Shown here: piece by piece, positions 52,752-62,746 of the stretch
Numbering within the stretch: the first letter of the stretch is position 1
How the letters are laid out: each line of letters starts with the position of its first letter
Source of the DNA: Sulfitobacter sp.
GTDB lineage: Bacteria > Pseudomonadota > Alphaproteobacteria > Rhodobacterales > Rhodobacteraceae
Length of the DNA: 64,000 nucleotides
Direction of reading: 5' to 3'
Assembly: GCF_039977885.1 (NCBI RefSeq)
Contig: NZ_JBDWCI010000001.1
Location: forward strand, 10,435 to 74,434
Made by a program: the position numbers and the translations under genes
Notes under the pieces: model-generated
What the model saw: the letters and a program-made list of their open reading frames with translations, nothing else
What the model was told of the DNA's origin: nothing
Databases searched by the model: none

Positions 52752-53576
52752 TTAGTCGGGACGCCTGCGAAAAACGGATGGCGTTTTCAGGGGCTTCTTG
52801 CTGAGCTTTTGGGGCGCAATGGACGGGACGCGCAATTGAACGCGTGCCGCCCGCGCATCCATTTCGCTGCGCAGATGGGAAATTGTAGGAGCCTCTGTTG
52901 CGGGGGCGTTAGCGCCTAGCTCATCTAGGTCTTCCAAAAATGCCCAAAGCCTGCGCATGGACCCTTCGACCCGCTCCACCCGCAATGTGGCCTCTTCGGG
53001 GGGGAGTTCGTCGATCTCGCGCAATTCCCGCATTTGCCGCATCATTCGGCTGACGATGGGTTTGATATCACGCGCACATTCGCGCGAAAAGCTGCGTAGT
53101 TCGTCCCGACCGCTTGAACGATGTGACGATTGAGGGGCATTTTCGATGTAATCAGGCGTTTTCTTTAACGCGCCGAGTGTGGCCTGACGCAATTTTTCCA
53201 ATGTAAGCTCCTCTTTGCTAAGATAGTGGTGGATGCCGAGTTTACGGGCGCGAACGGCGACGTCGGCGTGGTCGGTCCCGGTCACCATGACGGTTGCGGC
53301 ACCGCGATTGACCGTGTCGGCACGGATGATATCCACCCCTTCAAGGCCGGTGCCATCAGTCAGATGGTGATCGAGCAAAATCAGATCAAAGCGGTCCTTC
53401 CTAAGACGATCGCGCAACCCGTCCAAAGATTCGGCTTCGTCTATATGTGTGGTAAAGCCCAGATTGCCGCACATCCTGCGCAGGCGGCTTCGGTCAAACC
53501 GTTGATCATCGACAATCAGGATGCTGGCGATCTGTGGTGATACACCGACCTGTATGATGTCGGACGATATGCTCAT
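52752..53576 (-). CDS. Response regulator: receiver domain plus atypical helical C-terminus
   Basis: ILIVDD, LILLD (phospho-Asp), MVTG and YLSK conserved. Confidence 0.82.
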   Translation of the reverse strand: MSISSDIIQVGVSPQIASILIVDDQRFDRSRLRRMCGNLGFTTHIDEAESLDGLRDRLRKDRFDLILLDHHLTDGTGLEGVDIIRADTVNRGAATVMVTGTDHADVAVRARKLGIHHYLSKEELTLEKLRQATLGALKKTPDYIENAPQSSHRSSGRDELRSFSRECARDIKPIVSRMMRQMRELREIDELPPEEATLRVERVEGSMRRLWAFLEDLDELGANAPATEAPTISHLRSEMDARAARVQLRVPSIAPQKLSKKPLKTPSVFRRRPD

Positions 53577-53687
53577 GAAGGCTCCTGCCTGTAGATGTGG
53601 TTGATTTTGTATACCACCCGGAATGTTAACGGGCGGTATCTGCCACGGGGATTGAAGTGCTGCGCCTTCCCCGATAAACGCCCGTGC

Positions 53688-54389
53688 ATGAGCACACCTG
53701 TTAAACCACGCCGCAATTTTTATGGTCGCCTCAAGGGGCACAATCTCAAGGAGTCCCAGAAGACCTATCTGGACGAAGACCTTGCCGCCCTGTCTCCTGG
53801 TGCTGTGGATTGGGATGCCAATCCCGAACGCCATATGTTGGATGTGGACGCGATGTTTGGCGGTAAACCTGCATGGCTCGAAGTGGGCTTTGGCGGGGGG
53901 GAGCACATGGTGCATCAAGCCCAGAGCAACTCTGATGTCGGCATCATCGGTTGTGAGCCTTATATCAACGGTGTTGCAATGTTGCTGGGCAAGCTGCGGC
54001 GCGCAGGTGTGGACAATGTCAAAGTTCACCCCGGCGATGTGCGCGACATCTTTGATATTCTGCCCGAAGCAAGTATTTCAAAGGCGTTTCTGCTCTATCC
54101 TGATCCTTGGCCCAAAGCGCGCCACCATCGCCGGCGCTTTGTCACCGAAGAGCACCTTGTGCCTTTGAACCACGTGTTGAAACCTGGAGCCATCTTTCGC
54201 GTGGCGACCGATATCGAAGACTACGTGCGCCAGACCCTCGAAGAGGTGCCGCGCTATGGGTTCGAGTGGTTGGCCGAGCATCCGACCGATTGGCGCGCGC
54301 CGTGGGATGATTGGTTGTCGACGCGGTACGAACAAAAAGCCCTGCGGGAAGGGCGGACGCCGCATTATCTGACTTTCCGCAAAACCTAA
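53688..54389 (+). CDS. trmB: tRNA (guanine-N7)-methyltransferase
   Basis: LEVGFGGGEH, GCEP, YPDPWPKARHHRRR and FRVATD motifs. Confidence 0.95.
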   Translation: MSTPVKPRRNFYGRLKGHNLKESQKTYLDEDLAALSPGAVDWDANPERHMLDVDAMFGGKPAWLEVGFGGGEHMVHQAQSNSDVGIIGCEPYINGVAMLLGKLRRAGVDNVKVHPGDVRDIFDILPEASISKAFLLYPDPWPKARHHRRRFVTEEHLVPLNHVLKPGAIFRVATDIEDYVRQTLEEVPRYGFEWLAEHPTDWRAPWDDWLSTRYEQKALREGRTPHYLTFRKT

Positions 54390-54449
54390 AACATGGACGG
54401 GCTTTGGCCTGCCAGTTAAAACAGCACAAACCAATAGTGAGGGCACAAT

Positions 54450-55799
54450 ATGTCGGGCCACGGTGATCCAATTCCAATGACGTCAACCGCCTGCGGGCCT
54501 TTGAACGGAACTGCTGATGTTCCGGGTGATAAATCCATTTCACACCGGTCGTTGATCCTGGGCGCGATGTGCGTGGGGGAAACCACAATCACGGGGCTGC
54601 TCGAAGGGCAGGACGTGTTGGATACGGCAAAAGCCATGCGCGCCTTCGGGGCCGAGGTCGTGGATCATGGTGGCGGCAAATGGTCGGTTAAGGGTGTGGG
54701 TGTGGGCGGTTTTGCCGAGCCGGATCAGGTGATTGATTGCGGCAATTCCGGTACGGGCGTGCGCCTAATTATGGGAGCAATGGCAACCCAGCCGATTACG
54801 GCGACATTTTCTGGCGATGCCAGCCTCAATGGCCGCCCTATGGCGCGGGTGACGGACCCGCTGGCGCTGTTTGGCTGCCAGACGGTTGGCCGCACGGGCG
54901 GGCGGTTGCCCATGACGCTTGTGGGCGCGGCAGAGCCTGTGCCCGTTCGCTATGTGGTGCCTGTGCCATCGGCGCAGGTGAAATCCGCGGTGCTGCTTGC
55001 GGGGCTCAACGCGCCGGGGCAAACGGTTGTCATCGAAAAGGAAGCCACCCGCGATCATACCGAGCGTATGCTGGAAGGCTTTGGTGCGCAGATTTCTGTG
55101 GTTGAGACAGAAGAGGGGCGTGAGATCACGCTCACCGGCCAGCCGGAGCTTGAGCCACAGCATATCGAAGTGCCCCGTGATCCCAGCTCGGCTGCCTTTC
55201 CTGTCTGTGCGGCGCTGATTGTGCCCGGCTCTGATGTTTTGGTGCCGGGGATCGGGCTCAACCCCACGCGTGCCGGTTTGTTTACCACTCTGCGCGAGAT
55301 GGGCGCGGATCTGACCTATGAAAACGAACGGGTCGAGGGCGGAGAGCCTGTGGCCGATCTGCGGGCGCGGTTCTCGCCGGATATGAAGGGCATCGAGGTG
55401 CCACCGGCCCGCGCGGCCAGCATGATTGATGAATATCCCGTTCTCAGCGTTGTTGCGGCTTATGCCGAAGGTCAGACAATGATGCGCGGCGTGCGTGAGC
55501 TGCGGGTGAAGGAAAGCGACCGTATTGACGCGATGGCCAAGGGCCTGCGCGCTAACGGGATCGAAGTGGATGAGGGCGAGGATTGGTGGGCCGTTACTGG
55601 CGCGGGCCACGGCCAAGTAGCGGGTGGCGCGGTTTGTGCCAGTCAGCTCGATCACCGGATTGCAATGTCCTTTTTGATCCTTGGAATGGCCTCCAATACG
55701 CCGGTCAAGGTGGATGACGGTGGTCCTATTGCCACGTCTTTCCCGATTTTTGAGCCGCTGATGGGCGCGTTGGGCGCGCAAGTGACGCGGGATGTCTGA
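54450..55799 (+). CDS. aroA: 3-phosphoshikimate 1-carboxyvinyltransferase (class II)
   Basis: [36 protein letters not shown] and DHRIAMS motifs. Confidence 0.97.
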   Translation: MSGHGDPIPMTSTACGPLNGTADVPGDKSISHRSLILGAMCVGETTITGLLEGQDVLDTAKAMRAFGAEVVDHGGGKWSVKGVGVGGFAEPDQVIDCGNSGTGVRLIMGAMATQPITATFSGDASLNGRPMARVTDPLALFGCQTVGRTGGRLPMTLVGAAEPVPVRYVVPVPSAQVKSAVLLAGLNAPGQTVVIEKEATRDHTERMLEGFGAQISVVETEEGREITLTGQPELEPQHIEVPRDPSSAAFPVCAALIVPGSDVLVPGIGLNPTRAGLFTTLREMGADLTYENERVEGGEPVADLRARFSPDMKGIEVPPARAASMIDEYPVLSVVAAYAEGQTMMRGVRELRVKESDRIDAMAKGLRANGIEVDEGEDWWAVTGAGHGQVAGGAVCASQLDHRIAMSFLILGMASNTPVKVDDGGPIATSFPIFEPLMGALGAQVTRDV

Positions 55800-56409
55800 A
55801 GGGTTTACCATCGCTATTGATGGCCCTGCTGCTGCGGGCAAAGGCACGGTCTCCAAGGCGGTCGCCGCGCATTTCGGCTTTGCGCATCTGGACACGGGGC
55901 TTTTATACCGCGCGGTAGGGGCCAAAGTGCTGGCCGGTATCGATGCCACCGACGCCGCGCGCGGACTGGTGGCAGAAGACCTTGAAGATGACAGCCTGCG
56001 CACGCCGGCAGTTGCACAAGCCGCGAGTAAGGCTGCGGTAATCGCGGATGTGCGCGCGGCGCTTTTGGATTTTCAACGCAGTTTTGCTGCACGCTCTGGC
56101 GGTGCCGTGCTGGACGGGCGGGACATCGGGACGGTGATCTGCCCCGAAGCGCCGGTGAAACTGTTTATCACCGCGAGCGCGGAAGTACGGGCAAAGCGTC
56201 GTTTTGCCGAGCTGGCGGGGCGCGGCATAGAGGATAGCTTCGAAGCGGTGCTGGCTGATGTGAAAGCCCGCGATGCACGGGATATGGAGCGCGTGGAGGC
56301 ACCGTTGAAACCTGCTGCCGATGCGGTGGTGATAGACACCTCTGATCTGACGATCGAGCAAGCTGTAGCAGCGGCGGTTGAGGTCGTCTTGAAGGCAAGC
56401 CAGCGCTAG
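55792..56409 (+). CDS. cmk: Cytidylate kinase
   Basis: [20 protein letters not shown] and DGRDIGTV motifs. Confidence 0.95.
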   Translation: MSEGFTIAIDGPAAAGKGTVSKAVAAHFGFAHLDTGLLYRAVGAKVLAGIDATDAARGLVAEDLEDDSLRTPAVAQAASKAAVIADVRAALLDFQRSFAARSGGAVLDGRDIGTVICPEAPVKLFITASAEVRAKRRFAELAGRGIEDSFEAVLADVKARDARDMERVEAPLKPAADAVVIDTSDLTIEQAVAAAVEVVLKASQR

Positions 56410-56494
56410 AAGCGGCGTAACACGCCTCACCAAAGGGTGTATCGCCTTATTGCGAGGCCTCGCTAAGATCATAGGGAAACAAGGAGATGTTCCC

Positions 56495-57109
56495 ATGATC
56501 CGCGCCTTTCTTTTCGCCGCCCTTCTGACGCCTGCGATGGCCTTTGCTCAGCAAGCCACGCCCGAGGCAGCACCTGACGCGCCTAGGCCGGAATTGGCAC
56601 CCGAGGCATCGCCGGAGGGGCCTGCGGTTCAAGTGCCCGGGACTATCCCCGACGAGGGGCCAATGACCCTTGGGCGTCTGGCGCAGATCATTCAGGCGAT
56701 TGATCCCGAGGTCGTCCCGCAAGGGCAGTCGTTGCAATTTACCATCGAGGATATTCCCGTCCTTATCATAGCCGATGCAAGGGCAGACCGGATGCGGGCA
56801 ATGGTGCCCATCGCGAGCGCTGACGGGCTGACACCCGAGGATTTGCTGCGCATGATGCAGGCAAACTTCGATGCAGCACTTGATGCGCGCTATGCTGTGG
56901 CGAATGGGCGGCTTTGGGGCGTTTATATCCACCCTCTGTCGCCGTTGAAACGCGATCAACTGATCTCGGCGCTGGTGCAAACGGTCAATGTTGCCCGCAG
57001 CTATGGCCAGACCTATTCAGGCGGTGCCCAAGTTTTTGGCGGGGGAGATTCCAACGGTATCTATCAAAAGCTTTTTGAAGAGCTGCAAAAGAAGGGTGAG
57101 GCGCTGTGA
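56495..57109 (+). CDS. Secreted protein with YbjN/type III chaperone-like domain
   Basis: AAGGAG RBS, signal peptide, Pro/Glu linker, then RMRAMVPI...LLRMMQANFDAALDARYAV. Confidence 0.6.
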   Translation: MIRAFLFAALLTPAMAFAQQATPEAAPDAPRPELAPEASPEGPAVQVPGTIPDEGPMTLGRLAQIIQAIDPEVVPQGQSLQFTIEDIPVLIIADARADRMRAMVPIASADGLTPEDLLRMMQANFDAALDARYAVANGRLWGVYIHPLSPLKRDQLISALVQTVNVARSYGQTYSGGAQVFGGGDSNGIYQKLFEELQKKGEAL

Positions 57110-57172
57110 GTAAGGGTGCCGCGCCGCGCGATTTTGCGCTAGGTCTCATACATAGAATTTAATCATCAGGAG

Positions 57173-57559
57173 ATGATCACCATGAAAGCTGCAAAAGACT
57201 ACATGGAAGCTGCCAATGCCGTTGTCCCGAAAATGGAGGCAAAGGATGCGATCGCGAAACATGCCGCTGGTACAGGGGTGTTTATTGACGTGCGCGACAG
57301 TGGCGATATCGCCAAAAGCGGGACAATCGCAGGAGCATATCGGGTGCCGCGTGGCATGATCGAGTTCCGCGCTGATCCGGCGATGGAGGCGATGTATAAC
57401 CCGATCTTTCAAAAAGATGCGGAAATTTATCTGGTGTGCGGTGCAGGCGGGCAGGCGGCGCTGGCAGGTAAAACGCTTAAGGACATGGGGTTTTCCAATG
57501 TGACGAACATTGGCGGCTTTCCGGCATGGAAAGAGGCCGGCGGGCCAACCGAAGCCTGA
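57173..57559 (+). CDS. Single-domain rhodanese
   Basis: IDVRD, YLVCGAGGQA (catalytic Cys) and GGFPAW; start may be 57182. Confidence 0.88.
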   Translation: MITMKAAKDYMEAANAVVPKMEAKDAIAKHAAGTGVFIDVRDSGDIAKSGTIAGAYRVPRGMIEFRADPAMEAMYNPIFQKDAEIYLVCGAGGQAALAGKTLKDMGFSNVTNIGGFPAWKEAGGPTEA

Positions 57560-57683
57560 TAGTTCACAGTCTGCCGGTGGCTGAAGATAGAGGCCGGGAG
57601 GGGAATGTTCACGATTTTGTTAGGTTGCCGAATTGTGGTCGCATGCTATTTGAAGTTGTACCGTTCACACATGAGGTTATCCG

Positions 57684-58601
57684 ATGAAACTTACCCGCCG
57701 TCAGGCCCTTATCACCGGGGCAGCGCTGCCTTTGGCCGCTGCCACACCTTCACTGACATTTGCCGCGGGCCATGCCGCAGCATCTATGCCGACGCACCGT
57801 GATTTCACACTTGGTGATTTTCGCGTGACCACCCTTCTGGTCGGCAATCGCAGCGTCGAAAACCCCCATCAGATTTTTGGTATGAATGTTGATGACTCGA
57901 CATTCGAAGAGGTAAGCACGGCAAACTTCCTGACGACAGATGCGGCTGAATTCTTCTTTACGCCGACGGTTGTGAACACGGGCAGCGAAGTAATCCTGTT
58001 CGATACGGGCTTGAATGCGGCAGGCACGACAACTGCGCTTGCTGCGGCAGGATATGCGCCCACAGACGTCACGCATGTTGTGCTGACGCACATGCACGGC
58101 GATCACATTGGCGGTTTGACCGACGATGAAAACAACGAAACTTTCTCCAACGCGGCCTATGTCACCGGGCAGGTTGAATATGACGCATGGGCCAAACAGG
58201 ACAACGAAGGCTTTGAGGCCAAGGTGCGTCCGTTGGCGGAGAAAATGACTTTCCTCAATGCAGGGCAGGACGTGCGCGGCGGCATCACCTCGGTCGAGGC
58301 CTTTGGCCACACGCCGGGCCACATGGGCTATATGCTGGAAAGTGGCGGCAAGCAGTTGTTGCTGATGGCGGACACGGCCAACCACTATGTCTGGTCGCTG
58401 GGCTACCCTGAGTGGGAGGTCAAGTTCGACATGGACAAGGCAGCGGCAGCAGCCACACGCAAGAGGGTTTTTGACATGGTCAGCACAGATCGCTGCCCGC
58501 TTATCGGCTACCACATGCCATTCCCCGGTATGGGCTATGTCGAAACGCGTGGCGAAGGCGGCTACCGCTATGTGCCGCACAGCTATCAATTGATCGGCTA
58601 A
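57684..58601 (+). CDS. Tat-exported metallo-beta-lactamase-fold hydrolase
   Basis: TRRQAL Tat signal; LFDTG, THMHGDHIGG, GHTPGH and GYHMP motifs. Confidence 0.88.
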   Translation: MKLTRRQALITGAALPLAAATPSLTFAAGHAAASMPTHRDFTLGDFRVTTLLVGNRSVENPHQIFGMNVDDSTFEEVSTANFLTTDAAEFFFTPTVVNTGSEVILFDTGLNAAGTTTALAAAGYAPTDVTHVVLTHMHGDHIGGLTDDENNETFSNAAYVTGQVEYDAWAKQDNEGFEAKVRPLAEKMTFLNAGQDVRGGITSVEAFGHTPGHMGYMLESGGKQLLLMADTANHYVWSLGYPEWEVKFDMDKAAAAATRKRVFDMVSTDRCPLIGYHMPFPGMGYVETRGEGGYRYVPHSYQLIG

Positions 58602-58647
58602 GGGCGTGCAAAGCCGCGGGTGACCGCCGGCTTTTCAAGATAGAATG

Positions 58648-58678
58648 CAAAAGGCCAGACACGTTGTCTGGCCTTTTG
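58648..58678. terminator. Bidirectional terminator
   Basis: CAAAAGGCCAGAC-ACGTT-GTCTGGCCTTTTG. Confidence 0.8.
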
Positions 58679-58685
58679 TCGTTGA

Positions 58686-58994
58686 TCAGCTGCCGCGTTT
58701 GCCGCCGGGACCGTTTTTACCCAGCACCTCGTTCACTTCCGCAGTGGTGATCGCGTGATTGTCCGCTTTCAGACAGCTTGCCACTTTTGCCGCATCCGGT
58801 CGTTCAGGGCGCTGGCCTTCGGTGGGGCGGGGCAGGCAGGACTTCAGGGTGTCTTCGCTTACACCCAGATCCGCCGCCATCTTGCCCATGTCGGGGCGCG
58901 GGGGCTGTTGCTGTTGCTGTTGCGCGGAGGCGGCGATGGGCGAGAGAAGTGCCAAAGCTGTGGCAAAGGCAGTGATCTTTGATGTCAGTGTCAT
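58686..58994 (-). CDS. Small secreted hypothetical protein
   Basis: AAGGA RBS; signal peptide ending ASA-Q; QQQQQQ; two Cys. Confidence 0.6.
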   Translation of the reverse strand: MTLTSKITAFATALALLSPIAASAQQQQQQPPRPDMGKMAADLGVSEDTLKSCLPRPTEGQRPERPDAAKVASCLKADNHAITTAEVNEVLGKNGPGGKRGS

Positions 58995-59374
58995 ATTCGT
59001 ATCCTTGTTGATCCTGTCGCGTGCAGGACCTTTTTGATACGAACGAGGGGCGTAGATTCTGTCGCGATTTTGTGAAAAAAATTTACTACAGGGCAGGCCG
59101 CCGGCCAATTCTGGCCGAGCAACAGGGCATTCGGCTGTGCACTTGCACGGCGGGATAGAATCTCGTATACGCGCGGTTGTCCAAGGGGCGGATACAAGCT
59201 TCGGGCGCGATATATTGGGCAGGGTCGGGGAAATTCCGGCCCTCTTTCTTTATCCCGACCCGATCTACGTGCCAAAGACAGCATTCACCGTCACACCAAA
59301 GGTGGGCATCAATCTAAAGACCGGCGGAGACAACCGCGCGGCCAGAAAACACTTATAAGGATACGATACGCTAC

Positions 59375-61051
59375 ATGGCGAATATGATGGACGAGTTTGA
59401 AGCACTCTTGAACGAAAGCTTCGAAATGGACACACCCGAAGAGGGTTCTGTTGTCAAAGGTAAGGTGATCGCGATTGAAGCGGGCCAAGCCATTATCGAC
59501 GTAGGCTACAAGATGGAAGGCCGCGTTGAGCTTAAAGAATTCGCTGAACCAGGCGAAGCTCCCAAAGTTGAAGTCGGCGATGAAGTCGAAGTGTTCCTGC
59601 GTCAGGTAGAGAACTCTCGCGGCGAAGCGGTTATCTCCCGTGAGATGGCGCGCCGTGAAGAAGCATGGGACCGTCTGGAAAAAGCCTACGCAGCAGAAGA
59701 GCGCGTCGAAGGCGCAATTTTTGGCCGCGTCAAGGGCGGCTTCACTGTGGACCTTGGCGGCGCTGTTGCGTTCTTGCCCGGCTCGCAGGTTGATGTGCGC
59801 CCCGTGCGCGATGCAGGCCCATTGATGGGTCTCAAGCAGCCATTCCAGGTTCTGAAAATGGACCGTCGTCGTGGCAACATCGTTGTATCGCGCCGTGCGA
59901 TCCTCGAAGAATCCCGTGCCGAACAGCGTGCCGAAGTTATTGGCAACCTCACCGAGGGCCAAGAAGTCGACGGTGTGGTCAAGAACATCACCGAATACGG
60001 TGCGTTTGTGGACCTTGGCGGCGTAGACGGCCTGCTGCACGTGACAGACATGGCATGGCGTCGTGTGAACCACCCATCCGAGATCCTGACAATTGGCGAG
60101 ACCATCAAGGTTCAAGTCATCAAGATCAACAAAGAGACACACCGCATCTCCTTGGGCATGAAGCAATTGCAAGAAGATCCATGGGATCTGGTTGCTGCGA
60201 AATACCCTCTGGAATCCTCGCACACTGGCCGCGTGACCAACATCACCGATTACGGCGCCTTTGTTGAGCTGGAGCCTGGTGTTGAAGGTCTCGTTCACGT
60301 GTCCGAAATGTCCTGGACCAAAAAGAACGTACACCCCGGCAAAATCGTGTCTACTTCGCAAGAAGTCGAAGTCATGGTTCTGGAAATCGATGGTGCCAAG
60401 CGCCGCGTTTCCCTTGGTCTCAAGCAGACCATGCGCAACCCATGGGAAGTGTTCGCTGAAACACACCCTGAAGGCACCGAAGTTGAAGGCGAAGTCAAAA
60501 ACATCACCGAATTCGGTCTGTTTGTTGGCCTGCCAGGCGACATCGACGGCATGGTTCACCTCTCCGACCTTAGCTGGGACCAGCGCGGCGAAGAAGCGAT
60601 CCAGGACTACCGCAAAGGCGACATGGTTCAGGCCGTTGTCTCCGAAGTGGACGTCGAGAAAGAGCGCATTTCGCTCTCCATCAAAGGTGTGGGCGGCGAC
60701 AAGTTCGCAGAAGCAGTGGGCGGCGTGAAGCGCGGTTCTGTTGTGACTGTGGCTGTGACTTCCATCGAAGACGGTGGCATCGAAGTGGAATACGAAGGTA
60801 TGAAAGCCTTCATCCGCCGCTCCGACCTATCCCGCGACCGTGCAGAGCAGCGCCCAGAGCGCTTCTCCGTTGGCGACAAGGTGGATGTACGCATCACCAA
60901 CGTCGACGCAAAAGCACACCGTCTGGGCGTCTCGATCAAAGCGCGTGAAATCGCTGAAGAGAAAGAAGCCGTGGAACAGTATGGCTCGTCCGACTCCGGC
61001 GCGTCTTTGGGCGACATCCTTGGTGCCGCACTCAAGACCACCGACGACTAA
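59375..61051 (+). CDS. rpsA: 30S ribosomal protein S1
   Basis: Six S1 repeats; VDVGYKMEG-like, AFLPGSQVD and YGAFVDLGG motifs. Confidence 0.98.
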   Translation: MANMMDEFEALLNESFEMDTPEEGSVVKGKVIAIEAGQAIIDVGYKMEGRVELKEFAEPGEAPKVEVGDEVEVFLRQVENSRGEAVISREMARREEAWDRLEKAYAAEERVEGAIFGRVKGGFTVDLGGAVAFLPGSQVDVRPVRDAGPLMGLKQPFQVLKMDRRRGNIVVSRRAILEESRAEQRAEVIGNLTEGQEVDGVVKNITEYGAFVDLGGVDGLLHVTDMAWRRVNHPSEILTIGETIKVQVIKINKETHRISLGMKQLQEDPWDLVAAKYPLESSHTGRVTNITDYGAFVELEPGVEGLVHVSEMSWTKKNVHPGKIVSTSQEVEVMVLEIDGAKRRVSLGLKQTMRNPWEVFAETHPEGTEVEGEVKNITEFGLFVGLPGDIDGMVHLSDLSWDQRGEEAIQDYRKGDMVQAVVSEVDVEKERISLSIKGVGGDKFAEAVGGVKRGSVVTVAVTSIEDGGIEVEYEGMKAFIRRSDLSRDRAEQRPERFSVGDKVDVRITNVDAKAHRLGVSIKAREIAEEKEAVEQYGSSDSGASLGDILGAALKTTDD

Positions 61052-61061
61052 TTCGAACCAT

Positions 61062-61090
61062 CGAATTGGTAAGTAAACAGAGCCCCGCGC
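61062..61090 (+). terminator. Terminator after rpsA
   Basis: CCCCGCGCA-GCAA-TGCGCGGGG plus T6. Confidence 0.85.
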
Positions 61091-61318
61091 AGCAATGCGC
61101 GGGGTTTTTTCTGGCCGAATCAGTTTTCATCGGATTATTGCTAATTTAGCGCTTGTTTCTGATTTTCCGGTCTTACTACCATTGATTGCTGCATTTTTCC
61201 CTTATTCCCCTATAGGGGGTGGGGAAAACCGGTAATTGGTACTAACAGTCACTTTTCGTGAGACCGGTTCTTTCCTATAGTAACGATTAATTGACGCACC
61301 AATACGCGGGAGAAACGT

Positions 61319-61603
61319 ATGATACGGTCCGAATTGATCCAGAAGATCGCAGACGACAATCCTCACCTCTACCAACGGGACGTTGAGCGGATCGTAAATA
61401 CTATATTTGACGAGATAACGAACGCGATGTCGAATGGGGATCGCGTCGAGTTGCGCGGCTTTGGTGCGTTCTCGGTCAAAAAGCGGGATGCGCGTGTAGG
61501 ACGCAATCCACGTACCGGTGAGACTGTTCATGTCGTAGAGAAACATGTACCGTTCTTCAAAACGGGGAAATTGCTCCGTGATCGGTTAAACGGGAAAAGT
61601 TAA
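61319..61603 (+). CDS. ihfB: Integration host factor beta subunit
   Basis: [24 protein letters not shown] and PFFKTGK motifs. Confidence 0.97.
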   Translation: MIRSELIQKIADDNPHLYQRDVERIVNTIFDEITNAMSNGDRVELRGFGAFSVKKRDARVGRNPRTGETVHVVEKHVPFFKTGKLLRDRLNGKS

Positions 61604-61953
61604 TGCGCTACGTCCGCTATCTATGTATCGCCATCTTCGCGGTGGCTTTGATTTCTGTCGCACTGGCCAATCGTGCCAATGTGGCGTTGCAGGTTTTGCC
61701 TACTGAATTGTCGGGCATGTTTGCAGTGAACCCCTCTATCGAATTGCCGCTGTTCGTTATCATTCTGGGGAGCATTCTTGCAGGTCTGCTCATCGGTTTT
61801 GTCTGGGAGTGGGTCCGTGAATTCGGTGATCGCGCCGAAGCGGCAAAACAGGCACGCGAAATGCGCCGCCTGCAGCGTGAGGTCGAAAAGCTGAAAGCTG
61901 AGAAGCACGAAGGCAAGGATGAGGTCCTGGCCCTTCTGGATAAAGCCAGCTAA
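61603..61953 (+). CDS. LapA/DUF1049-family membrane protein
   Basis: Two TM segments (ALANR, ELPLFVIILG) plus a coiled coil; conserved position after ihfB. Confidence 0.8.
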   Translation: MRYVRYLCIAIFAVALISVALANRANVALQVLPTELSGMFAVNPSIELPLFVIILGSILAGLLIGFVWEWVREFGDRAEAAKQAREMRRLQREVEKLKAEKHEGKDEVLALLDKAS

Positions 61954-61959
61954 GCGCGG

Positions 61960-62607
61960 ATGTCTCAAAATACATCGGTGAAAATATGCGGCCTGCGCGA
62001 TCGCGCAGGCGTGCAGGCGGCTGCTACGGCAGGGGCGCGTTACGTCGGTTTTGTCTTCTTTCCGAAATCACCTCGTCACCTCGAGATCGAAGCCGCAGCG
62101 GCATTGGCCGCGCAAGTGCCTGTGGGCATTTGCAAGGTGGCGCTGACCGTGAATGCGGATGATGCCGCATTGGATGCGCTCACGGCTGCGGTTCCGCTGG
62201 ATATGCTGCAGCTCCACGGGAGCGAGAGCGTCGCGCGTGTGGCCGAGGTGAAGGCGCGCTATGGCCTGCCGGTCATGAAAGCGATTGGTGTGGCCGAAGC
62301 TTCGGACCTTGCCCAGATTGATGCCTATGCAGGAACCGCGGATCAGCTGTTGATTGATGCCAAGCCGCCCAAAAATGCGGCACTGCCCGGGGGCAACGGT
62401 TTGGCGTTTGACTGGCGGTTGCTGGCCGGGCGTGTATGGCGCTGCCCGTGGATGCTGGCCGGTGGTCTGACTGCTGATAACGTGGCTCAGGCAATCAGCC
62501 TCACAGGGGCGCAGCAGGTTGATGTATCCTCCGGTGTAGAAAGCAGCCCCGGTGTAAAAGACGCCGGTATGATCGCCGATTTGATCGCCGCAGCGCGCCA
62601 AGGCTGA
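61960..62607 (+). CDS. trpF: Phosphoribosylanthranilate isomerase
   Basis: [27 protein letters not shown] and VDVSSGVE motifs. Confidence 0.96.
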   Translation: MSQNTSVKICGLRDRAGVQAAATAGARYVGFVFFPKSPRHLEIEAAAALAAQVPVGICKVALTVNADDAALDALTAAVPLDMLQLHGSESVARVAEVKARYGLPVMKAIGVAEASDLAQIDAYAGTADQLLIDAKPPKNAALPGGNGLAFDWRLLAGRVWRCPWMLAGGLTADNVAQAISLTGAQQVDVSSGVESSPGVKDAGMIADLIAAARQG

Positions 62608-62746
62608 CAGCGCCGAAACCTGACTGCATGGGCCAAGGACATAACGTTGGTGGAAAGCCTGCGATTGCGGCTTGATGCCTGCTTTACCATTGCGCGCATG
62701 GGCGATACTGCTGTTGCCAACTGAGTTTCCGAAAGGCACCCGCGCA

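Noticed and set aside
53885-53892. G-run in trmB as a phase-variation tract
   Set aside because: It encodes the conserved GFGGGEH SAM-binding motif.
52752-54029. 425-aa version of the response regulator in the ORF track
   Set aside because: The N-terminal 151 codons overlap trmB antisense; the ATG at 53576 has a GGAG RBS and begins just before the receiver domain.
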